NCBI RefSeq assembly: GCF_009914755.1
Contig: NC_060934.1
Length of the DNA stretch: 64,000 nucleotides
From: the human T2T-CHM13v2.0 reference genome, Homo sapiens
Strand: one strand, 5' to 3'
Shown: positions 1 through 12,699 of the stretch, one piece after another
Layout: the number at the start of each line of letters is the position of its first letter
Numbering within the stretch: position 1 is the first letter of the stretch
Position numbers and translations under genes: made by a program
Notes under the pieces: generated by a model
What the model was told of the DNA's origin: nothing
Seen by the model: the letters and a program-made list of their open reading frames with translations, nothing else
Database searches by the model: none

Positions 1-75
1 CTTGAGGCCAAGAGTTCAACACCAGCCTGGGCAACATTACAAGACCCTTGTCTCTACAAAAAAATTTAAAAACAA
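1..75 (+). mobile_element. Alu fragment (end of left monomer), truncated by window
   Basis: gagttcaacaccagcctgggcaaca...tctctacaaaaa. Confidence 0.85.
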
Positions 76-471
76 AGAAAAAACAAGGAAAAAAGAGAGC
101 CCAATCAGAGTGATCAACATGAGACTTGGAATAACTTTAATAGGAAATGTGTATAACTGCAAGAGGAGAATTATGCATTTTTATCGCAATTTATGAAAAT
201 AATAAATAAGTAACAGAGAGAGATTCCATGTTCCTCAATGGAAGGGGTAAATGCTATGAATGTGTCATTTTCCCCAAACGAAGTTATGGGTTTAATGCAA
301 TCATGACCTAAATTCTAAGAGGATTTTGCTGGAATCCTCTCATGTTTTTGTAGAAAATGTTCCTCAAATTCATCAAGAAGAATAAATGAGTGAAACTCTT
401 CAAGAAGTTTCAAAAAATCAAGAGCAAGGGCAATGAAGAAGGATGTACCCACCAAATATTAAAACATATAA

Positions 472-793
472 GGCCGGATGCAGTTGCTCACACCTGTAAT
501 CCCAGAACTTAGGGAGGTTGAGGCAGGCAGATCACGCTCACACCTGTAATCCCAGAACTTTGGGAGGTTGAGGCAGGCAGATCACTTGAGATCAGGAGTT
601 TGAGACCAGTCTGGCCAACATGGTGAAACCCCGTCTCCACTGAAAATACAAAAATCAGCCGGCACCCCTGTAATCCCAGCTACTCGGGAGGCTGAGGCAA
701 AGAAGAATCACGTGAATCTGTGAGGCGGAGGTTGCAGTCAACCAAAATTGTGCCACTGCACTCCAGCCTGAGTGACAGAGCAAGATCCTGTTT

Positions 794-829
<36 letters not shown>
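472..829 (+). mobile_element. Alu (AluS-like) with internal 50-bp tandem duplication
   Basis: Alu consensus, A35 tail at 795-829; duplicated unit 486-535/536-585. Confidence 0.95.

Positions 830-871
<42 letters not shown>
829..871. repeat. (AT)21 microsatellite at Alu tail
   Basis: Uninterrupted AT run following A35. Confidence 0.95.
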
Positions 872-872
<1 letters not shown>

Positions 873-1437
873 CAGCTAAAATGAAAAGACACATGGATTG
901 CTGGATATAAATGCTAACTCTATATATAAAAACACACTCTCTGATAGAGGAGACATCACAGACACAGGGAAAATATGAAATAGATGGTACTGAGATTATT
1001 ATTTAGAACTGGGGGGTATCAGTCCTACCCCAAAATAAAACCCAAATGGATTGAAAGAAAGTATAAGAAAGAAATTTCAAGTACAAATAAACCATATGGA
1101 AAAACTCTACCAAAAAATAAATTATTTCCCAAAGCTTCAGTAAGAATAATTTTTTTTAAGTTTAGAAGTTTAAGAAAATTTGGTTTGACATATTTAACTT
1201 CAAAAGCCTTAAAAGTTTGTATAAAATTTCAAAACCTTTGTATGTGTTGAGTAATTCCCCAAAATGAAAACAAACCACTCATATAAGGGAAAATACCTGC
1301 ATTGAAGATAATAAATGATTACTATCCATATTATATAATTTGCCCATGCAAATCAATGAGAAAAACTTTGTATCCAATAGACGTATGGAGAGGGGAAATT
1401 GGCAAACACTTCACAGAAGAAATTCTAATTTAGTAGA

Positions 1438-2181
1438 TGCTATATATAGACTGAATGTTTTTGTGCCCCCTCAAAATTCATATGTTGAAATTGTAACCCT
1501 CCAATGTGATGGTATCTGGAGGTGGGACCTTTGAGAGGTCATGAGGGATCAGTCCTCATGAATGGGCTCATGCCTGATATGGTTTGGCTTTGTGTCCCTT
1601 CCCAAATCTCATGTCAAATTGTAATGTCCGGTGTTGGAGGAGGGGCCTGGTGGGGTGTGATTGGATCATGGGGGCAGACTTCCCCCTTGCTGTTCTCATG
1701 ATAGTGAGTGAGTTCTCACAAGATCTGATTGTTTAAAAGTGTGTAGCATTTCCCCCTTCTTTCGCTCTCTCCTGCCACCATGTGAAGATGTGCCTGTTTT
1801 CTCTTCGCCTTCCTTGTAAGTTTCCTGAGGACTCCCCAGCCACACTTCCTGTACAGCCTGTGGAACTATGAGTCAATTAAACCTCTTTTCTTCATAAATC
1901 GCCCAGTCTCAGGTAGTTCCTTATAGCAATGTGAGAACAGACTAATACAATGCCCTTATAAAAGAGACCCCAGAGAACTCTCTCATCCCTTCTGCCATGT
2001 GAAAACACCACAAGAAGATACCATCTATGAACCAGGAAGCAGGCGCTACCCAGAAACTGAACCTGCCAGCACCTTGATCTTGGACTTCCCAGCCTCCAGA
2101 ACTGTGAGAAATCAATTTCTGTCATTTATCAGCCACCTAGTCTATGACATTCTGTTACCGCAGCCCAAACCAACTAAGAGA
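1438..2181 (+). mobile_element. MaLR solo LTR (MLT1A-like) split by MST LTR
   Basis: tgctat...gactgaatgttt start, ctaagaga end; GTAGA target-site duplication at 1433-1437 and 2182-2186. Confidence 0.85.
1575..1949 (+). mobile_element. MaLR solo LTR (MSTA/MSTB-like)
   Basis: tgatatggtttggc...gactaataca; ATGCC TSD at 1570-1574 and 1950-1954. Confidence 0.9.
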
Positions 2182-2334
2182 GTAGATAATCATATAGAAG
2201 ACGTTTAGCCTTGAGAAATGAAGATAAAAGCAAAAACAAGATACCACTTTCCAGCTATTAAATTAGCAAAATAAAAAATTTAATGGTATGGCTCAATCAT
2301 GAAGAGTCTGGTGGAAGTGGACTTTTCATTGTGT

Positions 2335-3360
2335 GAGCAGTTTATTCAGCAAGTTTATTATGCATCTAAAATGTGCCCATCACAGGACTAGGCACTGGGA
2401 ATGCACCAATACATAAGAATTCACATACCTCAGGCAGAGTCCATGGTCCAGTGTGGGAGAAAGAGGAAGCAATGTGGGCATCCGGAGGCTGCCCAGAGAA
2501 GGGTTGACTGATCTGGATGGAAAGGCAGGAGGGGAGTGGCAAAGATCTTCCACACATGGAGGTGCGGATGAGGGCAGCCTACAGAGGGGAGGCACAAGGC
2601 CTCAGCCCAAGCTCTGCCTGAATCTGATCCCAGCACGCCTTTCCAACTTCTCTCCCCAACTCCCAGGACTCACCCTCCTGCCAACCACCCTGGACTCTAC
2701 ACTTCCTGTGCTGCTCAGTTCTCACTGCCAAATTCTCACCTCCATGCCTTTGTTTAGCCTCTGCCTTCCACCTGCAATGACTCCCCTGCACTGCAACCCT
2801 GATGAAAATCCTTCAAGGCCCACCTCAATCTCTTCCATGAAGCCATCTCTGTCCTCTGTGCTTCTTTTACATCTCTTCCAAGGCCTTGTGCTCATGCATT
2901 AATTCCCTCATTTGACAAGCTTCCATAGGGCACCTCTCTGTGCCAGGCACCATCCCAGGTGCCAGAGAGACAAAAGCGAATCAGATACAGTCACCACCCC
3001 CAAGGAGCTCCTGACACTCACCATATCAGTCCCATAGTATAATTCTGTGTGACCCCATCTATCACCCCTATAAGACGCTCTACTCCTTAAGAACTGGAGC
3101 AACATCCTCTGCATCTCCACCCACACGGTGTTCACAGCAGACGCTTACAAAATATGTCCAGGTGAAGTGGACTGAATTGGATTGGCCAGTACTTGCATAT
3201 ATTATCTCAGTTAATTCTCACTGCATCTGTGTGGGCCATTATTATTGTGAGGTATTATTATCTGTAAGTTATTATTATTGTTATCCCCATTTTACAGATG
3301 AGGAGACTGAGGCTCAATGAGGTAAAGTCCTTGGCCTGTGGTCACTGTGGTGTTTAGCAC
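2335..3360. mobile_element. L2 fragments and a MIR
   Basis: L2 3'-end motifs (tgtgccaggcac, ctaggcactggg); MIR core cccattttacagatgaggagactgaggctc at ~3286. Confidence 0.65.
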
Positions 3361-3505
3361 AGCTGAGAGGGTCTGCCTCCCTGCCCAGCCCTTTGCCTCA
3401 TTGTTCCTTCCCCTAGTGTTCTAACAGGAGCAGAGATGGAGGATGAAAACCTCCAGACAGTGCAGAATATTCAGTGAGGTACTTTTGTCCTGCAGAAATA
3501 AGACA

Positions 3506-4269
3506 CTGTCAATTCTCATTACTTGAAGTAGTTATGTTCTCTAAAGTTGTTGTGAGTAAATATCAGTGGCTGATAAATGACAGAAATTGATTTCTTATAG
3601 TTCTGGAGGCTGGGAAGTCCAAGTTCACTAAACTAGTGAACACCTAACCATTGCTCCCAGGAGATCAATATACACTCTAGTATAAAGTACAGTACTGTCT
3701 ACTATATACTGCACAACATGTAGTGCTCTATACTATACTGGTCACAACATTTTCATCAACCGATAGATACATAACCTTGTTTTATGTGTGTTTCTGTTTA
3801 AAGACACCTAATTTAATATCTATCATTAGGTCATTAACATTGGATTCCCAGCCAACAGCACTATATTTATAACTCATGCCTGAATGAAATTTATCTAACA
3901 GAGGGACTTTCTCCATAAGGCACATCACAGCCGTCTTGCAATTAGGAACACCGCTAGTCAGCACTTCAGCACTATACTTGGGGGCCATGTTAAATAGCAA
4001 AATCACCAACAAAAAGCACAAAAATGCTTAAAATATGGCACTAAATATAGCACAAGAAGGACACTTGTTTACAGTATGTGAGTTGAAACAAGAAGGCAGA
4101 TCATCCGGCCTCAGCTGGGAACATGCAAATTGGGAGACTCAAATTTTTCGTTGCTTTGCACATGTCTGTGAATAACCAAAAAAGTGCCATGAATATTGAT
4201 TTTTAGGGTTACAAATAAATGTTTGCAAGTAGGCAAATTCACGAATATAAAATCTGTGAGGATCAACTG
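3506..4269. mobile_element. MER82-like (TcMar-Tigger) DNA transposon relic
   Basis: Matches recalled MER82 consensus (attctcatta...gtagttatgttct; ggtcacaacattttcatcaaccgat; ends gatcaactg-TA). Confidence 0.8.
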
Positions 4270-4799
4270 TACCTCACTAAAGAAAACAGAAGGGAGAGGT
4301 GTTCGATTTGATGGGCCCAAGGACCCCCATGTGGTTCCCGAAGCCAGCACTGATGGGCTTCTTACGGTCATGTCTTCCGAGGCATTGAGCCTGCAGCTTC
4401 CCACTGCGTCACAGCAGGAAAGCAAACGAACGCAGCAAACGAAGCCAGCTCTCAAGACCCAACGTTCATTTCAGAGTAATAAAGGAGAGCCCCTGAGAAA
4501 GGGGCCGGTCCTGGCCCATCAGCAGCAGGTAGTCAGGTATCGGGAAGGACCTGAAGCTGGGGCTCATGACCTGTGTTCTCCCAGCATGATGGACCAGACT
4601 TCGGGACCTCAGGCAAACCAGGGACTCCTCTGGGTCTCCATGTCCTCTGCTGTGAAAGGGCAGAAGGATCCTGTTCGGTTCCACAACTGACACAAATTAG
4701 AGTTGTGAGGGGGCTTCAAGCACCACCCAAATGCAAAATGCCTTTGCCAGGCTCCCAGGCAGGGGGAGGGGGACACTGGGGGTGATCCTCAGTGGCTGT

Positions 4800-4945
4800 G
4801 ACAAGGGCATGCTGGGCCACCAGTGCACCCAGCTCCAGCTCCCTTGGGACCTTCGTCTACACATACAGGATGCCATCTAGCAGGGCAGACGCAGCTCACG
4901 GCCCCACATGGGAAGTGAACCTGTCACCTGGCCTCATTAGTTTTT
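4800..4945 (-). mobile_element. MamSINE1-like ancient tRNA-derived SINE fragment
   Basis: Minus strand ctaatgaggccaggtgacaggttcacttcccatgtggggcc resembles the MamSINE1 head. Confidence 0.45.
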
Positions 4946-5220
4946 CAGTTTGACCAAATGAGTAAAAACTAATAAATGGAAAACAGTCATCTACTAATAA
5001 GTGGACCAGCCAGGGCAGCAGAGCTGAGTCCTGTCAGGGCTGAACTGGGGCAGTGAAGTGGAGATCAGGACCCAGAGCCAACCAGGAATTCAAAGAAAGA
5101 AACGAAGAGAGGAACAAAACACCCAAGCCCTCTCTCACGGCACTGGAGGAGCATAGAGCTTTGAGGCAGGAGCCGAGAGCCTGCTGAATGGAGACCTTTT
5201 CTGTAGAAGCTGCCAGAACA

Positions 5221-5564
5221 GGCCAGGTACGGTGGCTGACACCTGTAATCCCAACACTTTGGGAGGCTGAGGCAGGAGGACTGCTTGAGTCAGGAGTAGG
5301 ATTACTTGAGTCAGGAGTTCAAGACCAGTCTGGCCAACATGGTGAAACCCCATCTCTACTGAAAATACAAAAATTAGCCAGGTGTGGTGGTGTGCACCTG
5401 TAATCCCAGCTACTTGGGAAGCTGGGGCAAGAGAATCACGTTATCCCAGGAGGTGGAGGTTGCAGTGAGCCGAGATTGTGCCACTGCACTCCAGTCTGGG
5501 TGGCAGAGCCAGATTCCATCTCAAAAATAAATAAATAAATTAATTAAACATTAAAAAAAGAAGA
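5221..5564 (+). mobile_element. Alu (AluS-like) with 21-bp internal duplication
   Basis: TSD agaa(g/a)ctgccagaaca at 5205-5220 and 5565-5580. Confidence 0.95.
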
Positions 5565-6844
5565 AGAAACTGCCAGAACATGGAAAGATTCAATCTGTGA
5601 GCAGTCACAACTCTGGCTCCCCTACACCCTAGAATGTTGGCCTTGTGAGCGGCAGCAGTACAGACAGGGATGGATTACTCACTTAGCACGTGCCAGCCCG
5701 GGGCAGGAAGCAGAGTGCCCAGATGGCAATTAATCCAACAACTGTAAGCTCCCTGGAGGCAGAAATGGTATATTCCACCAAGGGTCTTGCACAGTGCTTA
5801 ACATGATACTGCTTCTGTATCAATAGTGTCTACACCACCTGCTTTCAAACAAGCTTGCAATTCCTTTTAAGAGAAGACATATCCATAATACATGTTTTCA
5901 AATAGAAATAAAAATTCTTAAATGTAAACAGAAATGCAAATAAATATACCCCAAAATAAAGTTATACAGTTTGAGGACTGAACACTGAATTTAAATCTGA
6001 GCTCTGAAAAGCAGAAAGGGTTGCCTACACTCAGGGATTAAGTCTTTCTCACTACCTGATTTGTCCTTACAAAAAAATCTTAGGATTTTATCACATGGTC
6101 TTTGCATAAATGCAATAGATCCAATGAAGATTTACAGATGTCTCAGAAGGCAAGCCAGACTCATTAGGTCATAGAAAGAGTAGCAAGGAACTCAGGAGAT
6201 CAAAGAAAGGAAGAGACCAACTCCAGTCCTCTCTCAGGGAACTGGAGGAGAGAGGCAGAAAGAGTAGCAAGGAACTCCACCCCCTGTCCTTGACCTTTGC
6301 GGGACAGATGTCAGCTCTGTTCAAGAAGAACTGCAGAGCAGTGACCTTAACTTTAAGAGACAATGTCGGTAAATAGAGGTTAAGGTAACCAGTGCTTTCC
6401 TGGGGGCTGGCATTTGTCAGTAAAATGCAATGGCCCGTTTGTTTTAGAGAAGTTAATATCTACTAATGTGGTCCCACCTCACTGATTGACTGGAGCAGGA
6501 AGAATCTGTCTGATGCTAGCACATGTGCAGGGCCATAAACCATCCCATGCAAAACACTGAGTGTGTCCTCTGTTTGCCTTTTCTGTGTCCCATCCTACCC
6601 CAGTCCCATCCAGTGCCCAGGACATGAGCATCTATATTACAACAGGTGATAGAGACTGAACCCTCAAGAAAAGGAAGAAAAGAGGCACCAGAAGAAGGAT
6701 CTTCTTCCAGACTACCCAGCAATAGCTGAAGCTCTAGGATCCTCCTCCTTTAATGAGGAAGGGGAAAAACAGCCTTGACCAATGTCAGGGGACCTGAATT
6801 AGGACCCAAGGTGGTGCCTCTTACCCACTGGCCCCGTATGCATG

Positions 6845-7170
6845 CTCAAATACCTAGAGTTGGCAGGGGGACAGGCAGGCAGGGAGCACTGAAGTGAACG
6901 GGGTTGGGTGTGAAGATGAATAGGGAGTGGTGGGGACTGCGGCTCACCATGGAGTGCAACCTGTTGTTACGCAACTCTGTTGATCGTTGCCATGTGGGAT
7001 TACTGGACCGGTGTGGCCAAATCTTCCAGCTTTTCAAGAGAAGCCAGAGTTCTGGATTTTTATGAGAAATCTGATTTTTAAATGTTGGCAGTAAATTAAA
7101 AAGATGTAAGCACTACAAAACAAACAAAACACATCTGCAGACAAGATTTGGCTGGCTGGTTGACCACACA
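6845..7170. mobile_element. MER102-like hAT-Charlie relic
   Basis: ttttcaagagaagccaga...gatttttaaatgttggca...aaacacatctgc. Confidence 0.7.
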
Positions 7171-8341
7171 GGACCTCTCGCTTGAAGGGGAATGGGAAAG
7201 TCATGCCTATAGGTGATGACAATGTCAGAGAAGAGAGGGATTCCTTGGACAATGGCAGCTAAGGTCCAGGGATGAAAGAAGAGACAGAGAACCTGGGGAG
7301 CAGAAAGCAAGTAGTAGCGGGAGCTAGAGGTGGGTGGGACCAAGTCCACCAGCTCAGTGCCAAGGCCAGCTGGGCCTTTCCTCAGTGTTTGTGGGCAAAC
7401 AAGGCTCCTTAAAGAGGACCAAAGAGAAATAGGATGACCAGAACATGGAAGAAGATTCCAATGGCAACTCCACTACCATCATCACCTTCTCTCTCTGGAT
7501 CTCCTTGGAAACCACAGAAATAACAACCTACAGACCTTGGTATAAACAGCTCCGGCAGAAATGCAGCTTTGTCTGGGCCATCATGCACTGGGTACCAGGA
7601 TGGGGAGCCTCATCCCACTCACATCAGCAGCGTCCCACTGAGGCTCTTCAGGTTGTGTCCTCAGCCCTTATGGCCAGGCCTACTTGTCGGGTGCTCAGTT
7701 TCACACCCTTCATGCAGCCTGGGCTTTCTTCACCTCCTCTCTCCAGCCCACTGCTGTCTGTTGTTTTCTAAGAAGGGATAAAGGAAGCTCACAGCCACAT
7801 CACTGTCAACACCTCTGGGAGCCCACTAGTGGGTCTCTGCAAGGTTCCTGGCTAGATATGATCTAAGCAGACTATTCTGAAGTTCCACGAGGCATCAAAG
7901 GAAGGAGAACCCAGACGTTGTGGTTATCTAATCAGTAATGTATGCAGCAGACACCATGTATCCAGTCCCCATTACACTCAGGGAATTTGGCAAAAGAACC
8001 AAAGGACTCATTCTTGGACCTCAGGAAGCTTAGAGTCCAGCACTCCATTTTATAGATGAGGAAACCGAGGTCCCCCAAGGTGAAGTAACATCTTCAAGGT
8101 CTGTCATGTCATAGGTAGCCCTAAGAATGGTGGCACTGGTTTTATAAAAAATTAGTTTAGTTCATTATCATGCCCAGTAAGAACATGTTTGAGCAGCAAA
8201 TGCATTTGCAACAAAGGTCAGTTTCCAGCTGTAACAAAGTAGACCCATCTAAAAAGAGGTTAGGAAATACAAGAGCAAATATATATAGCTTTACAAAAAC
8301 TAAGATGCTAAGTTTAAAAATTTAGGGATTTGGGGGAGGTA

Positions 8342-8671
8342 TTTTTTTAGAAACAGCATCTTGCTTTGTCACCCAGGCTGCAGAGCAGTGGCTCACCGCA
8401 GCCTGGAAATCCCAGGCTCAAGCACAATCATAGCTCACCATACAGCCTGGAAATCCCGGGCTCAAGCACTCCTCCCACCTCAGCCTCCCAAGTAGCTGGG
8501 ATTACAGATATATGCCACCACACCTGGCTATTTACTTTTACTTTTTATTTTTGTCAAGACAGAGTCTTGCTATGTTCCCCAGGCTGGTCTCAAACTCCTG
8601 GCCTCACGTGATCCTTCTGCCTCAGCCTCCCAAAGTGCTGGGATTACAGCTGTGAGCCACCATGCCTGGCC
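8342..8671 (-). mobile_element. Alu (AluJ-like) with internal rearrangement
   Basis: Reverse Alu consensus ending catgcctggcc. Confidence 0.92.
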
Positions 8672-9449
8672 ATAAAAGATCTTTTATTTTGTCAACAAGA
8701 ATTCACCACAGTGTTCTTATAAGTCATGGTAAGAAACATTTTTTCTATATATGACACTATACTGCGAAAATGTATTGGAGGCTACATAAGTAAAAAGCCT
8801 TTAGTAGGGTTTATTTCATTTCATTCTGCTTTAGATATCAACTACTATTTAAGAACAAGAAACATAGAACTCCATTCAATAAATACAAACAAAAATACAT
8901 ACACAGTTTAAAAAAGGAAGAGTGGAATCAGATTAAGAAAAACCAAAAGGGGGATGCTTGAGAGGCTGAGACACAGTCTTTCTGTTGGTCAAAGCTGAGA
9001 GGCCAAAGACTGAATCCTCAACTGATACATATGATACACGTGATCCCCAGCACTCATGAGACTGTGTCCCCAAGTTCCATGTATTAAGATGGCTGGTGAG
9101 AACTCAAAGTATTTTCCCATGACAACAGCATTATAAATGGCCATGTGGGGGTGGTACTCCCAGGCTTGGTCCTTAAAGCCAGGTGAACTCAAAAGGAAGC
9201 TGGGCTACCCCGGGGGTCAGTTCACTCGCCCATCACCTCCCCAAACCAGAAGCTTCTCCCTCATTCATTCATTCTCTTGCGCCACAGACGTGGACCTACC
9301 ATCTGCTCCCATTATTACTTCATTTCCACGTCCTCCCTCCCCAGCACGCCTTGTCAGCCTTCTGCTTCGCTCATTTTATAACCCCCTCCCTTAGAGATCT
9401 CTTCCATTCTCAGAACTCCCACAGTGCCTTACATAGGTAGCTGCCGGAG

Positions 9450-9750
9450 GCATTCAGTAGGGGACACTGCAGCCAAGGGATCATGACAGAGGCTCCAGCA
9501 GGCTGGCCATGAGGGGCAGGTGCAAGAAGAGGAGACAAAACAAAAATGAGAGGTACTTCGTGGCCCCTGAGAAGAGAGATCAGCCTTGCTCCTTTCTCTC
9601 CAATTCCTAGTCCAGTCCCCAAGAGGCCAGTTCTACTCTGCCTCTGTTCTTATAGGGCCACGAGAATATACTCTTAAAAGACGCTCCTCTATTTGAGCTA
9701 TCTTGAGTGGGATTCTGTATCTCACAACTAAAGAGCCTTGGCTAGAACGT
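9450..9750 (+). mobile_element. Old MLT1 LTR 3' part
   Basis: ttgagtgggattctgtatctcacaactaaaagagccttggctagaac, typical old-MLT1 end. Confidence 0.55.
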
Positions 9751-11787
9751 CAGGTACTAAACTCTTGTTTGTCCCAATTTCTTAAGCTCATCTCCCAATT
9801 TTGATTCAGGCTCTCAGGTTCATGGTTCATGAGGATACCCACTCCCTGGATGGACACTCAAGAGGAGGCACCACCCTTGCCCCACCTGGCCCTGCACCCC
9901 ACCGTGGCCCCAGGTGGAGTCCCAGCCCAGCTTCTCCAAATCCTGACAAACACGCTCGTAATGAAAATTAACTTAAAGGTGAATTTGCTTTTCCCAACAC
10001 TTCAAGTTCTCAGTGAACTCTGGCTTCAATCCAAGGTATAAGTCAGCCCCTGAATGAGGCCCTGGAGGATGAGATGATCAACTCCTTATGCTGCATTCTT
10101 TTTCCTTCCCAAAGAGCAGATGTGCACGTTATCAGATGCCTCCTTATCATCTCAAATCATCTCACTAAATTCAAAACTTCATGGGTGGAATAACTGCCAG
10201 GCTGCGCCTGGTTCCTGTGCTGACATCCCCCTCCTTTCCAGCTAGCACCTGCTGATTGCTTTCTGCGGGCTGAGCCCAGCCCTGGCTCTGGGGCCAGCCC
10301 TGTCCTCTGACAGAGGGATTTCAGGGGTTTGGACTCAACACACGAGAGTCTCAGCAGCACACTACCCTTCCCTCCGGTCTGACTCTGACCTGGGCTCCGA
10401 TATTGACTTGTGGATTTCTGTATTATTTCTGACTCTTGCAGCCATCTTATTCTCTCAGGCCAGCTCTCTGCTTTCCTCCCTAATCCTTACTTCCTACAAG
10501 AACCAGTCGCTCTTGCCTTGTTCTTTTGAGCTCCCAGCATGGAAGAAGAAGCCTGCTTACAGCCTTTCTGATGGGATTTGCCTGGGTCTCTGGCCCACAC
10601 ACCCCAGCCTCCCTGTGTCTGTGCCTCTGCTCTGCCTCTGGTGGGGCCCTGTGCACCCAGGCTGGACCCCCACCACCAGCCTCCCGCCTGGGTGACAGCT
10701 GTCACCTGGGGCCTTCCCCGTAGGTGTGGGGGAAGCCTGCCATGAGAGGGCAGTGGCTCCCCCAACCCAGTGGGGGCTTTGATCCCAGATCCCACCCTCC
10801 AATCTGACCCATTCCTCCAGTGCTCCCAGAGCACGACAATCATCACTCCCATCTTAAAAACACAATCTCCTTAATGGTGGGAGAAAAAGTGGTTACTGCT
10901 GTATCCTTGGTGCTGAGCACAGAAGAGGTCCTCAATTAGCATATTTTACATAAGGAAGGAGAGATAGAGAGAAAGCAATTCTAATCATGAATTTGGCATC
11001 AGAGAGGCAGCAGAGCTGTGGGGTCGATCCCAGGGAAGAGTGTGGGGAATGACAGGCTAGGAGGGCACCATGTGAAGATCAAGTTCTGACCGGTGGGAGC
11101 CAAGAACTCTTGTGGGCGGGGCAGGGTGATGATGAGGGCCAGCTGGACACCCCCAAAGGTCTGAGAAAGAAAGACTGAAAGTCCACAGAGACCCCAGCAA
11201 GCTCTCCCCGGCTTGCAGACCTAAGGACCACATTTTCCATCTGAGAATCTGTACAAAGGGCCCTGTAAAGAGAAGCTAATGACCACATGGCTAAAGGGTC
11301 TCCTTTCCAGACACTCTCTGCAAGGTGATGTGGGCCTGCCCAGCTCCATCCCTGAGCCTGAGAATTTCTCTTGCTGCTGGTACCCATCCCCAGCCGGGGG
11401 TCAGAGGCATCACACATTCAAACAATCCATCCTACCCCTGACAGCCTCATGGGGGAGCAGGAGAGCAGGCAAGGCCATCAGGCAGTCTTGAGCCTCCTGG
11501 CTCCATCCACAGTTCACACGTGTTTGTCTGACACCACTGATGTGCCCAGCCTGATGCTGGAATAAAAGAAGAAAGGCCAGACTGTCACTGCTGTTGACAG
11601 ACTGGTTGATGGGTCGGGCAGATGCTGAATAAATAATAGCAGGCAGGATGAGGTTTAGCACCCATAAGCCTGCAAAACACATCCTGTGCACCCCCAGCAC
11701 CTCTCTAGGGGAGTGATGGAGAGCCTAAGTCGTCAGCAGCTCAAGGGAACAGGGTTAGAAGTGATGCCAGTGTCTGTTTCTAGAAGC

Positions 11788-12030
11788 AATGGAGTGTAGG
11801 AGCTAAACACAGGGCCTCTGACACTTCAAAGACTAGAGTCCTAATCTTGGCTCTGCCAATGATTAGCTGTACGCTCACCAACAGCTTACTTACCTCTCTG
11901 AAAATTCATTTCCACACCTACACGTACTAATAGTACCTACCACATAGAACTGTTGTGTGAAGATTAAATAAAATCATGTCTATAAAGCATTTAGCCCATA
12001 ATTGACATAACAAATGGTACTTGTTCTCAT
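11788..12030 (+). mobile_element. MIR
   Basis: ggctctgcca...tagctgt...aatagtacctac...gattaaat core. Confidence 0.75.
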
Positions 12031-12140
12031 TCTTTCACTGTTACTACTAAAGAGGAACCAGCATTGAATCCATTCTCAGATCCCTCTCTGGCCAACTTTG
12101 TGATGACCCCAGAGTGTGGCTCAGGACAACTTGGGAAGTC

Positions 12141-12443
12141 TTTTTTTTTGAGGGGGGAGACAAAGTTTTGCTCTGTTGCCCAGGCTGGAGTGCAAGTTGT
12201 GCGATCTCAGCTCACTGCAGCCTCTGCCTGCCAGGTTCTAGTGATTCTCCTGCCTCAGCCCCCTGAGTAGCTGGGATTACAGGTGTTTGCCACCACACTT
12301 GGCTAATTTTTTTTTGTATTTTCAGTAGAGATGGGGTTTCACTATGTTGATCAGGCTGGTCTGGAACTCCTGACCTCAAGCAATCCACCTGCCTTGGCCT
12401 CCTAAAGTGCTGGGATTACAGGCGTGAGCCACCGCACCCGGCC
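12141..12443 (-). mobile_element. Alu (AluS-like)
   Basis: TSD acttgggaagtcttt on both sides. Confidence 0.95.
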
Positions 12444-12699
12444 ACTTGGGAAGTCTTTATGTTGGAGATTGATTCAGAGATTTCCCATGTGCTGGTTGGA
12501 ATCCAAATCCAAGCATCTGATAGAGCACACTGATACAGGCCCTGCTCCAGAGTCCCCTGCAGGTTCCGGAAGAGTACTAAAATGAAGAATTCCAAGAGAC
12601 TTGGACACTTAGGAAGCATGGGATTTGGGACACAGAAGTTGGGGGTCGCATAGAGAAGAGAAGACAAGAGAGCCAGCAAAGGGCCAACCCTGCGGGTAT

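Larger units (their letters stand above)
200..2330 (+). mobile_element. Old L1 (L1M/L1ME-type) ORF2/3' remnant, interrupted by Alu and MaLR LTRs
   Basis: Degenerate matches to L1 ORF2 (attccatgttc...ttccccaaa...aatgcaatc), resuming after each insertion. Confidence 0.7.

Noticed and set aside
4196-4690. 164-aa plus-strand ORF
   Set aside because: Starts inside MER82, no recognisable domain or splice structure.
8980-9020. Short similarity to LF-SINE (gagaggccaaagactgaat)
   Set aside because: Only ~20 nt match from memory; flanks do not align.
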